DNA of 64,000 nt. Source: Camelus dromedarius. Lineage: Eukaryota. Of this stretch, positions 25,296 to 36,905 are shown piece by piece (position 1 is the first letter of the stretch; every line of letters begins with the position of its first letter). The notes under the pieces are model-generated. The model had not been told where the DNA came from and did not search any database. It was given only the letters and a program-made list of their open reading frames with translations. A program made the translations under genes and the position numbers. The stretch is from NCBI RefSeq assembly GCF_036321535.1, contig NC_087437.1:49106001-49170000 (forward strand). Reading direction: 5' to 3'.

Positions 25296-27544
25296 CTGAA
25301 CCAGTCCTCTGGTCTGGAATGAGGTCCTCTCTCCGTTCTGTAGTGAGGTATCATACCATTAAAATATGAGGACAAGTGTACCCTTAATACAGTGCTGGGT
25401 GCAAATTAAATATTCACTGAATATTGTGATTATTATCTACCTAAGTAAAATGTTGCATGTTAAATACCAACACGGCCAACATTGGGTCTTGGTATTCACT
25501 CTTGTTTTTGCTTCTTTCTGCATTTTGGTAGTTTTTCTCTGTCCTCTGGGCATCTCACAGTCATACATTTCTATCTTCTTAGAAATCCACTGGTTTCCCT
25601 TTCATGTATTTGCCAGCCTACAAGCTCTGTGAGAGCAAAGGACTGTTCTGGTACATAGTACGCACTCAAGTATTTGTTGGATCAAATCATTTAATCCAAC
25701 AACTGAATCATTTACTTTGGACAGTAGAGGGCAATAAAAAAATGTAGTTCCATGGATAAACATCTGTACTTTCATGTATTACTATTTAAAAATTTGAAAT
25801 AAAACATTTGAAACAGGGTTTTTTTTTTGTTTGTTTGTTTGTTTTTGTCCAGAGACTGTGATAACACATCCCGTGATTTACCATTAGGCTTTTCAATATA
25901 AATAGTGTGTTTCCATGTTTACACTAAACTACTAACATGGACAATTTAAGCATTACTTTTCCCATGTTATATAAAATACTTCATTTGAATTCTATTGCAC
26001 ACAAAGCTCTATGTCTCCCTTCCTACATTTTAAAAAATTACATTTAGAAACAAGACTGAATATTGTAGCTAAGCAAGTTCACAATCATATTTCTGAGATT
26101 TGTAGTCTTCCTTCTTTGCTATGGCTGTGTATCCATTCATGGGTGTAGAAAACAAGAATATTTTATTCTTGTTCTGATATGTCCTACTAATACATGTTTA
26201 TGGAAGAAAATTGCCATGGTTATTAAAAGAGTCTATGACATTTTCTAAAGAGTGTGGGTATTGCCTGCACAGCCTGGCTGAATTCCAATTTGGGTAATTA
26301 CATTCTGCTGTCTGGTTACCTTAGCGATCCTCTCTTTTGCTCTGTGGGTCCTCACGGTGGTTGAGCTCAGCTAAGATATTCCTGTTTGCCATCCCTACTT
26401 TCAAATAATAGGAGCTGAAGGGATCCAGTCTTTGGAAATTTATATTCCATCTATTTTGACAAACTTAAAATTTTGTACACATTCTGGGATGCCTAGTAAA
26501 GCCTCACTTTCTATTCTGAATTTTCTTGAAATGGAGTGGGCATTCTAATCAGGGAGAAAATTGTGAACCCTGATTTTTTTTCTGTTCTTGATCATATTTA
26601 TTATTCCTATGAAAATTGAAGCAATTTTCTACATCTATTTAATCTCTCCTTTTTCTGAACCTTCACAGCAGTTTGCTGGAACTTCTATTGTTTCTCTAAC
26701 AGTCTGCCTTGAGGTAGAGCTGCTTGTGGGCTTATCTTAGGCCCAGGACGAATGTAAATTTCTAGACTATACGGACCTCTGTATTTTTTTATACTGATGG
26801 AAACTTTCACAGAATTGCATGTTGCAGATGTTCAATAAAAGGTGGATGAATGACATTCCCTCTGGGTTAACATTATTTACTATTAAAGACCGAGCCTATG
26901 TTTTGGACACTAGCAGGCAGTTTATTATGCAACCTAATGGGATTATTTCCATTGAAATATTTCAGTTCCTGGACATTGGCATCACTGTATTGTGGCAGGT
27001 TGCCCACAGAGGCAGCTGCTTCCCTCCCTTGCATCCTCCTCACACCAATTTACTCTTGGAAAGCATAAGGGTCCCAAGCTAGGATTATTATAAGATTATT
27101 ATTGAGATTGCAATCACAGTTTGCTCTGCACTGGAAGATTCAATTTGTTCAGGAAGGGCAGTTCATAGCAGTGAGTTCCCAAACTTTGATCCACTGTACC
27201 AAAAAGAATGGAGATCTTAGCTATAGCTGCCCCATTTCTTTGACCCAGGCACATTTTTTTTTCCTTCCACTCAAGGAACCATATTAGAATACAGATGCCT
27301 TAGAATAATTTTACTATAGGGTTAAACTTGAATTAGCTTTAAGTTTTGAAATGTAAATAATTCATAAATGTCAGTACTTTAAGGAATGAAATTCTTGGCA
27401 CACATCCCTCAATAGATCTCCATGTGTTCCTATCTTACTTCAGATTCAGGTTGTTCTCAAGGACCTCTAAGGCCACTCTCCTACCCTTTTAATCCTCATC
27501 TTGGGGAATTACTCATCCTGTGCTTGGTACTTCAGTAACATCAA

Positions 27545-27830
27545 ACTACTGTTCGTTCCCTGCACACAATAGGTATTTCTTCGGCCTGGAATGCCATCTT
27601 ACTATCCGTGTCTGACTGACACTTAGGCATCCTTCAATGCTCCGTTTAGGTCTCATTATGAGTGAAAAGCCTAGAGGCAGGGTCAGGTCTCCCTCCTCTG
27701 TGGTTCTGTAACGTCCTGGGTATATCTTCACGTTTATCCTTTTGTAGAGAAATGATCTGCTTTTGTGTATGTCTTCCTTGACTCTGGGTGGAACGCAAGT
27801 AAGATTCCTTAGACATTGCATGTACATAGC
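27545..27830 (+). mobile_element. L2 fragment
   Basis: AACTACTGTTCGTTCCC, GCCTGGAATGCC, CATCCTTCAATGCTC, TGATCTGCTTTTGTGTATGTCTTCC. Confidence 0.6.
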
Positions 27831-28361
27831 AGAACCACTTGCTGGGGACAGATTATCTTTACAGAGGGATAGTTCTTCTCAGGACTCTAGTCTGCAAGGA
27901 AAAAGTTAGTACAAAGGACAATGAAAACAAGATGGAGCCAGAGCAAGGAAGATCATGTTTACTTATGTCTCCTTTTCCTCTTTCTGTGTGTTAAATGCAG
28001 TTCAAGTATTTGCTGTTTTGCTTTTTTTTTTAAAGATGAATTTGTTTTATAGTAAGTAAGAAAAGAGCTTAATTGCCTACTAGTTCAGCTCTTAGGGACT
28101 TCTTTCTAAAAGATTTATCTGTAAACCTCAAATTCCTACCTTCTTTTTGGGAATTGCTATTTCCTGGTTTTTGGAAGTTTAAAAAGCTGAATCTTTATGC
28201 CCCAGCAGGGAATGAGTTATTTTTGAGTTATTGTTTAAGTCAGAAGTTCACAGATTTCAAGACTGACTCACTGCTGTGGTGCCAGAGTCTCAGTGAATAC
28301 CAGATTAAGAATCTCCATTGTACTTGAAATCTGAAAAGTGATTATTATATTCCCTCAAGAG

Positions 28362-28530
28362 GCAGTGTGATATTGTCAGGGGGGTACTGACCTGGGCAGG
28401 AGAAGGCTAACATTCCAATCTCAGATTTGCCACCAGCTGTCCAAAGACTTTTGGGAAAGTCTTTTGGCCTCTTTGAGCCTCAATTTCTACTTCTGCAAAA
28501 TGGTGATATTTGGAAGCTGGGCTGATGACA
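28362..28530 (+). mobile_element. MIR
   Basis: TTCCAATCTCAGATTTGCCACCAGCTGT...TTGGGAAAGTC...CTCTTTGAGCCTCAATTTC...CTGCAAAATGG. Confidence 0.75.
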
Positions 28531-28879
28531 ATAGCAGTAACCATAATAATCAGAACTAGAAGACATATCCGACTACTCCATGCAAGGAGACAAATCAAGG
28601 GAATCTAGACACTTTTTAAACATCCTCCCTTTCACATGAAACACTATGAAAACACATTTAATTTCCCTAATTTGATAGGGTTACCTAATGCGTAAGAACA
28701 CTGGTGACAAGGTGAAGAGTTAATGTTAAGCATCTATGTGTAAACTTGGTGTGCTGGATTGAAAGTCAGGAGACATGTGGTCTGGTTGAGAGAAGGCTGG
28801 CATGATGATGCCCGCAAGAGACTGGATAGAGGTACTCAAGTCATGCCAGTCAGCTTTGGCCAAATCTAGGGAGGCGATT

Positions 28880-29075
28880 TGGCCCAGTGCTTGGGAACAT
28901 GGGCTTTAAGTCTCGGGTTTGCTCTTTACTAACAGTGTGACTTCGGACAACTTGTTTAATCTCTGTGGAAATCAGTCTTCTCATTTGGAAAAGGAGAATA
29001 ATGCCTAACCAAGGGGTTTTTAGAAGGATCACTTGGGTCATTATGTGTTAAAGATGCAATAAGTGATAGCAATTA
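28880..29075 (+). mobile_element. MIR
   Basis: TACTAACAGTGTGACTTCGGACAACTTGTTTAATCTCTGTG...CAGTCTTCTCATTTGGAAAAGGAGAATAAT. Confidence 0.8.
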
Positions 29076-29175
29076 TTGTGAGATGGGCTGTATGAGTCTC
29101 AGAGTCACATGGGGACTGGGCCCCAGCCTTGTTGGAGCCTTCGTCTCAGACTTAGTGGCAAGAGTCCTGACTCCT

Positions 29176-29400
29176 AATGATAACAGTAAACAACATTTAT
29201 GGAATAGGTTATAAACCTGCACATAGATCACCTCATTTTCTCATCATCACAATCCTGGAAGAAAGGCAGATATTAATCTATTTTATGGTTGAGGAAACTG
29301 AAGCTAATAATTTAAATGATGTAGCTAAGATCACCCAGCTGTATGTAGCCAGAGTTGGGGTTCAAAACAAGGTCTTCTGTCTCCTAATCCTCATCTGTTC
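29176..29400 (-). mobile_element. MIR
   Basis: AACATTTATGGA, TTTTATGGTTGAGGAAACTGAAGCT, AAGATCACCCAGCT. Confidence 0.8.
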
Positions 29401-30268
29401 CTTGTGATCCTGGTTCTACGTAGCGCTAATGATCTGTGGCCTTAGGTCAGTGCCTAACCTGTCTGTTCAGTTTAATTAACAAAATGACTAGAAGAACTTT
29501 AAGAATGTTTCTGTGATTTCAGACAGTTTGGGGATAGGTAACGTACAAATTCTGAAGAAGATATTTTGAAAAATAACTTTACCTTAAGAAGAAATACATG
29601 CTGTTATTAAACATGTAAATAGCAAATTCAGGATAATTTTGGCTTTTAGGAGGTTGAGGTAGGTATTGAAATGGGGGGAGGAATTAATAAGGGTCTTCAA
29701 TTTTAGTGGTAACATTTTATTTTCTAAGCTGGGGATAAATATATAGTAATTGTTATATTGGTTTTTTTTAATTAATTGATATTGGGAATATTTCATAATA
29801 AACTTTTTCAAAAAAGGCTGGAAAGGAAACCCACACACATAAAGAAATTTTTGGTACCTAAAATTAAGTATTTTAATATTTTAATAACTTTATGTCATTA
29901 ATGTTTTACCCTGGAAGTTCACATCATGGGAGAAAGTTTAAGCATTATACGGAATCCATTTACACTCCTAACAAGACCCATAGTTAGTCTCAACTTTAAA
30001 TTTGGGACCATAAATCTATGTGTATTTCTCTGTTCTGGGGCTGTAGGTTTGGTTGCAGGACTGTTAAAAAAAAAAAGGAAAAGAAAACTAAGAAAACCAG
30101 AACTTTTGAATAAATTGCCTTGTTTATGAACAGTCTAATTTGAGGAATAGACAGCTTCAAGTTCTTATGACTTAAACAAAGGTGCAGATGGACAGCACAG
30201 CTGCCAGTGAGTCGGAATCCTTATGGTGCACACTGGCACAGTGCTTTACAGTTTACAAAGCACTTTCA

Positions 30269-30419
30269 AGGGGGAGGGTATAGCTCAGTGGTAGAGTGCA
30301 TGCTTAGCATGCACCAGGTCCTGGGTTCAATCCCCAGTACCTCCGTTAAATAAATAAACCCAGTTACCACCCCCTCCCTGCCCCTGCCAAAAAAAAAAAA
30401 AAAAAAAAAACCCACACAA
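30269..30419 (+). mobile_element. tRNA-Ala-derived camelid SINE (Vic-1 type) inserted in a MIR relic
   Basis: GGGGAGGGTATAGCTCAGTGGTAGAGTGCATGCTTAGCATGCACCAGGTCCTGGGTTCAATCCCCAGTACCTCC followed by poly(A). TSD ACAAAGCACTTTCA at 30255-30268 and 30420-30433. Confidence 0.95.
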
Positions 30420-31439
30420 ACAAAGCACTTTCATATGCAATTGTGTGCTAAGAGAAATAGTATGCTAATAGTGTTAAACCCCAAGGGGCAAAATCTAGGA
30501 TCAATCAGCTGGTGAAGGTCAGAGCTGGGACTGGAGCTCACATTTTCAACTGCAAAGTCCACAGTTGCCTTAGTACTATAACATCCTTCTCTCTGTTTGC
30601 AGCCCTCCATCTAGCACTTTTTGCTTTGTGAGCTCGTACTTATACCAGACTACTATTACCTTGGTTTTAACTTTCACCTTTCTTTAGTTTTAGAGGTTTT
30701 GGCCTCTTTCCTACTGAAATGATTAAATGTGCCCAAGACACTCTAGAGGTTACCAGACATCCTCAGTTTTGATGATCCTGGCTGTGAATATACTTTACTG
30801 CTACTCTTCACCGTTTTTCCTTGTAGCAACAGGAAAGGGAAGTTGACTTTTCCATTGGTGTTTGGAAAAATAAGGATACCGAGACAAACACTCTACCACA
30901 AATCCTGCCCCCAAAACTAAAAAACAATCATGGGATCTCTCCTGGGAAACCAGGATTTTGTCAGTGGTTCAGGTGAGGACAGAGGGTTCTCTGCATTTTG
31001 GTTTTGGCATCTAACACATTGGCTTGCACAAATTTGGAATTCAGTGATTTGCTTTAATTTACTTAAGCCCTTACATTCTCTGGTTTTAGCCTGTTCTTCT
31101 GCTGAGGTTAAAAAACAAAAGAGAACAAAACACTATTGTCCTCAAATTAGTCAAAGTAATCATTGAAAAGAGAACTACTTCAATGATTTTCTGAAAATGG
31201 TGAGATTTTCACACAAGAACTCATGCCTTCTTATATCATACTTAAAAACTTTATGCCATTTTATTATGAATTCCATTGTAAATATCCATTCTTACAGTGA
31301 ATTTTACTTATGAGATAATTAAGATCTTCCAGGCACATTTCTGAGAAATATCTTCTTTTTCCTAATTTATCCAAAGGAAAAAATGCTGTTTTACTCTTAC
31401 CAAAGATGAAGCTCCTACTAAATGAACAATGAGTTTAGT

Positions 31440-31600
31440 ACTTTTACTTGCATGATTGTGTTTAGTTCTCATCACTGACCCTAAGGGGCAGGTCACATGA
31501 TCCCCATTTTACAGATAAGCAAACAGACTCAAAGAGGTGAAATAACTTGCCATGCACATGCCATGCACCAAAGAGTGGCAGAGCAGATGTATCTGAATCT
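31440..31600 (-). mobile_element. MIR
   Basis: ATCCCCATTTTACAGATAAGCAAACAGACTCAAAGAGGTGAAATAACTTGCC. Confidence 0.85.
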
Positions 31601-32114
31601 TTTCATAACATCACTGGTTTCTACAGAGAGGAAAGTTAGAGGCAGAGTAACCATTTATCAATCCTGCAGAAACTTCTCCATGGATATATTGTTGAATGAC
31701 CAACTACTGCCTCCATGAGATGTCTGGCTTTCTGGTCCATTGGAAAATGAATTGGACTATTAGTTCAGAGAAAAAGCATTCAAAGTTTGTGCGTGAATTT
31801 GGAAGGAATACCTAGGAGCCCATTTTCATATGCAATGATACAGCTAGGCAGAATAATCTAATCTAATCAAATTAAATACAAAATACATATTATCCCCAAG
31901 ACTTCCAGGATGAAGCTTAATTTCAACTCAGCAAACATTGTATGTGTGTCCATGCAAGCCTACTGAGTGCCCAACACTCTTAGTGAACGTTAATTAGACC
32001 CAAAGATAAATAAGATGTGATTTCTGCTCTTTAGGAGGTCAAGATCTAATGAAAAAGACTGAGGTCTATAAATACAAGACCAAACACTGATTTTTTTTTC
32101 TTCCCATTTTTAAA

Positions 32115-33290
32115 ATGATGATCTTCACTAGGATTCTATCCTTAGTCACTTCGTTTTCTTCTTTTCTTACATTAGGGAAACTCATATTTAAAATTTCAGC
32201 CACCATATAAGAACTGTGACTCCCAGATGCTTATCTCTCTTGGGTTCTAGTCTCCTATGTATAGCTGTCTTCTGGACATGACCCTCTGTGTTCTTCAGAT
32301 ATTTCAAACTCTACATACACAAAATAGAACCTCTCCTCCTTTTTATATTCTCTGTGTGGTTTGATAGCATCATTGGGCATCAGTTTTCCAGACTAAAAAC
32401 CTCAAATGCCTCATTTATCTCTCCATCAGTCTCCCATTCCTCATGTTCAATTTTTCATCAAATCCTCTGAATTTTTATCTCCTAAACATGCCTTGAATTT
32501 GATCTTTTATTTCTATCTTCACAGCTATGGTTCAGTTCAACTGTATTTCATCTCTTATCTGGACCACCACAATCATCTATTGTCTCATTTTATTATTTCA
32601 TTTCCTTGAAAGCCAGCCTCTATAAATTGCTTGGTTAATCTTTCTAAAATATAGTTAATAACATGACTTTCACTTGTCTAAAATCTTTCAATGGTTCCCT
32701 CCTATCTACTGAAGTGAGTTCAGATCATTATCATAGCCCTACTAATCTGTAACTGACCTAGTCCTTCCTGCTTCTCTTCCTGCCAGGCACATTCATTAAC
32801 TTTGTTTCTGAGTTGATATTCAGCTGGTGTACATAAGTAAGACCATTGTTAATTCTGATTGGTCAGTAGTCGTGCCCCATAGGTTGTTAAGTATTTTGGT
32901 GTATCATCCTTTCTTTACTAAAACTAAACTGTTTTCCTTTCCTCTATCATGAACTTTTGTGCCCTTTGACTCGTCAGTTTTGTCGGAAACATTATTCTTT
33001 TCTTCTCTACCTGGCAAATTAATATTAATTCTTCAAGACACCTACTCAAATATCACCTCCTCTGTAATATCTTTTCTATTTTCCCTCTATGCAGAAAGGA
33101 TGTTTGTCCCCTCTGGCCTTTCAAACACACATTATGAGTGTTTATTATAGCATTTATCACATTATATTGTAAACATGACTTACCAACTTGGGAAATATTC
33201 AAGAAAGAAATTTTTAAAATCTCCTATGTGTAGCTTAGTATTTGGCACACAGCAAAGAATATCATAAAACATGTATTGAATTGATAGATA
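32115..33290 (+). mobile_element. L2 (plus strand, ~1.2 kb)
   Basis: TCAAACTCTACATACACAAAATAGAACC, CATCTCTTATCTGGACCAC, AAAATCTTTCAATGGTTCCC, CTCAAATATCACCTCCTCTG, TGGCACACAGCA...TATTGAATTGA tail. Confidence 0.85.
32806..32911. mobile_element. Small ancient hAT-type MITE inside the L2
   Basis: GTTGATATTCAGCTGG at one end and GGTTGTTAAGTATTTTGGTGTATCATCCT at the other, with internal TTCTGATTGGTCAGT; resembles a recalled Tip100-group element. Confidence 0.5.
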
Positions 33291-33299
33291 GATGGAGCT

Positions 33300-33870
33300 A
33301 GAAAAGTTTCACAAAATGGGATTCACATTTTATTTTGAAGACTAAATTGAAGATTAAGGCTGGAAAGGCCTTCCAGGATGGAAGCCCAGAATGTGCCAAA
33401 AGTAGGAAAGGTCGGTATATTATGGAACAGTGAGTCTAAGTTTAAGGTGCAGATGCAGTAGGTTATAGGTAGTAGTTTAATATAAGTAAGTTAGGATCAA
33501 ATTGTGGAGGGTATGATAACCACATTGAGGGGTTGGGACTATATCCTATGTATGTGGAAGATCTTCACATCAAAATACTGAACAAGGAGTGATGTTTTCC
33601 AAATTACATTTCAGCAGGACATCTCTAATAGCACTCTGCTATGGTCACTGAAGACTGGGAGCCTGTGGGTGACCACAGTCCAAGAAGGGTCAGATGAAAA
33701 CGGCTCTCACATCTATGAGAGTGCAGAGGTGGAAATAAAGATGAGAGTCATTTTGGAGGCAGAATTAGCAAGATTTTGTAACTAATAAAGTGTCTGGTTA
33801 AAGGGAGAGTAAGAGATTAACAGTAATTACAATCTTTCAAAGTTGAGTGATTAAGAGACTAGATGGTACA
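33300..33870 (-). mobile_element. L2 (minus strand); its 3' end probably lies at 31925-32070
   Basis: GGATCAAATTGTGGAGGG, GGGACTATATCCTATG, TGAGAGTCATTTTGGAGGCAGAATTAGCAAGA. Confidence 0.7.
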
Positions 33871-34045
33871 TCACAGGAGACTTTGTGGATTTTGATTGGT
33901 GACTCAAAATAAAACAAAAGAACATAAATGCTACAAGTTATAGACTTGTACTTCCACTCATCCTCAGAGCCCCAGTGATAAGGTTTACCTCATATATTTT
34001 CCATGTTTATCTTAATTCTGATACAAAACTCATTGAAAAATTCTG

Positions 34046-34087
34046 AAGCAATGCTGATAAGCAATGCTGATAAGCACTGCTAATAAG
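34046..34087. repeat. 13-bp tandem repeat x3 (AAGCAATGCTGAT)
   Basis: Two exact copies and a third with two substitutions. Confidence 0.9.
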
Positions 34088-34321
34088 TATTGTCTAGATT
34101 TGCTGAAGATAATTCAACTAACGTATACAGTTATGAATGTTCCTTTTTTGTGGGGGTAGGGAAGCACAAGCTGTATCTCAAGCATATTCATTGCCAAAAG
34201 AGTTTGTTTTATATATTGGAAAATATATATAATTTAGTGTCATTAGTGACACCAATACATCATTAACTTAGAACACAAGAGAAAAGAGCAAATCTCATTC
34301 AGTTAACCAGGTATAGATTGT

Positions 34322-34638
34322 CCGTGCTGTCCAATAGGGTAACCACTAGCCACATATGATTATTGAGCACTTGAAATGTGGTTAGTTTAAACTGAGATGT
34401 GATGTAAAATGCACACTACATTTTGAAGACTTAGTACAAAAATTAAATAACATCAAATTTCTCAATAATTTGTGATATTCAATATGTGTTGAAATGATAC
34501 TACTTTGGATACATTGGTTATATGAAGTGTATTATCAAAATCAATTCCACCTGTTTTTCTTTACTTTTTAAAATGTGGCTCCTAGAACATTTGGAATTAC
34601 ATACAGAGTTCATATTATATTTCTATTGGATGGTGCCA
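34322..34638. mobile_element. hAT-Charlie MITE, MER33-like
   Basis: Terminal inverted repeats GTGCTGTCCAATAG / CTATTGGATGGTGC. Internal CACTAGCCACAT..ATTGAGCACTTGAAATGTGG. About 320 bp. Confidence 0.9.
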
Positions 34639-36714
34639 GAATGTCTTTCTTATTCAAAAACCAGCCAACAGGTTTTTATTTAGCTTCTAGTATACAGATG
34701 GTTATGCTGTGTGCTAAAAGCTTTGAAGTTAGCTGAGGAGTTGCAGTTGCATAAATTATGTAGTTTTAGAGCTTGATAACATTTTGATCAATATACAGGA
34801 CACTGGTTAGAGAAGTAGAGTGAAATGTCTATGGATTTGCTCTGTCCCCCCTTTTAAACCTTAGTTTTATTCTTTTACACTTTCTCCCCAATATCCTACT
34901 TGGTGATTTGTAAGGATCTACTAATCTTCTGTTTGTTACAAAACAGCCAGAAATTTGATTTACAAGTTCCCAGAATCCTTGGGCTAGTGGAAAAGAATTA
35001 ATATATATCCCCATATGGTGGCCAGAATGCAGAGTTCTGGAGTATAATCACTATGCTTAATTCTCAAACTGTACTCAACATACATTATTCTTTTTCTGAA
35101 GAATCAGAAGATACTTGCCAGTGTTATAGGCCTTGGGGTCATCCCAAATATTATCTGCTAGCCATGATACAGAAGAAGAAGGAGAAGGGATAGGGGAGGA
35201 GGAGGGAGAGAAAGATTATTTGAAATTTATAAATGTTGGAATTTTAGATTAAAAAAAAGAATTTACTTTATATTGATGGCCTTACTGATATTATATTTGC
35301 ACTGCCCTTCCAGATAAACCATGTGGATGTCTGTGATTTACAGAAACAACTATTATTTAAGCAAAATGATTTGTAATTGGCCAATATCTTAATTTTTATT
35401 TTTTGAGCAAGGCACTTAGTTTTCCATGCCTTGGTTTCTTCACCTTTCAAATGGAAGAGATTTTTATTTTGTTGTGTTTTGTTTTTATGGAAATGAGAAG
35501 TAAATGCTTTATTTTTTAAAAAAGCTAAGTTTCTAATTGTAATGGAAAATGCTTCAGTGCTACAATGTACTGAATAGATTAAAGTGGCAGAAACAACATC
35601 GTACAGAATATGCAAAAACGTTCTTTGAAAATGGGAATTTCGTTTTAGACGAGTTTTAGACTGGGATAGAGGAATGCTGATGGAAATAAATAAGTAGCTG
35701 AAAACTATTTGTGAATAACAAGATACGAACGCAGTTTAGCCTTGCATTTCTCAATTAAGAGCCTGTGTGGGAACATCTCTTATTTAAAATGGGCTGCCTG
35801 AATTGAGGTTTCAGTTTCCCAAGCGCCAGTCTGGATGTGTTTTTATATTTTGATTACTAAAAAGGATTTTATCTCCTTTTTAAAAAGAAAATTTGCGTCA
35901 CTTACTGAATAGCCGACATTGTGGACTAAAATTCTCTAAAGTATGCACAAGAACAGCAAAACCAGAAAAATGGCTAAGTTTTCAAATGAGTAGTGTGCAT
36001 TTTCAGGTATAAAGAGCTGAATTATTCAAGGCTGGACTGCATATGCAAATGTGAGTTATGCATTTTGGCGAAACATTGTTAACATCCTTGTTGACTCTGA
36101 ATAAGCATTAATAATATACAGATTGTACCTGGGGTGCACTCTGTATTCTGGCTGCATGATATGCCAAATGTACCAACATTTCTGTGCATTCAGAGCATTT
36201 TTGAGTCAGTATTAAAATATATGCTACTTACTTCAATATCTCCTTAGTCTCAAAATAAAACTATTTCTATGGAAATAGCATTATTTTTATAGAATTTATA
36301 TGCTTTAAGGTATCAATGACACTTTAAACATTTTGATTTTTACTTACAGCCTTACAATAAAAGGAATTAGGCCATTAAAAAACAAAAAACAAAAGCACCT
36401 TGCTCACTAAAGTAAAGGTACATGAGATTCTCTCTGCTAGGCCAAGCCACCTCGCAGGATTAAGGAATTAGGTGTCCAAATACAGAGGAACTATGTTGGC
36501 AGCTAAAATAACTGAGAGATGCAGCAGTCTTCAGCTTCCAAACTATGTCTTTATTTTGAACTAAATGTTCAGACATGATTCAATAATTATTAAGTCCTTG
36601 TTATGAATCAGGCTTGAGCAAAATAAATATGATGCTGACTTTATGGCGCTTCCTGCCCAGTGTCTGTGGGATGGGGGGAGTTGACAGCGGCTTGATAATT
36701 ATGCAAATAAAGGT

Positions 36715-36905
36715 GGCAGTAAGAAGCAGTAGCTAAGAGAGCACACTCTGGACCCAGACGTGGGCTGTCCTGGGTCTGTCCTTGGTAGCTGTGGAATCTT
36801 GGGCAAGAGATTTAATGTTTCCGTGCCTCAGCATCTTCCGCCACAAGGTTGCTGTGAGGTTTTTGTTAGAACATATAGGAGCCTGGCACATGATAAATGC
36901 TTTTT
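36715..36905 (+). mobile_element. MIR within a minus-strand L2 (~36575-37230)
   Basis: TAGCTGTGGAATCTTGGGCAAGAGATTTAATGTTTCCGTGCCTCAG...GCCTGGCACATGATAAATGCT. Flanking L2-like GGAAAGGATATTTGAGTTGAGATCTG. Confidence 0.75.

Noticed and set aside
30270..30345. tRNA-Ala(AGC) gene
   Set aside because: The anticodon stem is imperfect, and the sequence has a tRNA-unrelated tail, poly(A) and a TSD, so it is a SINE. The same applies at 19700 and 25088.
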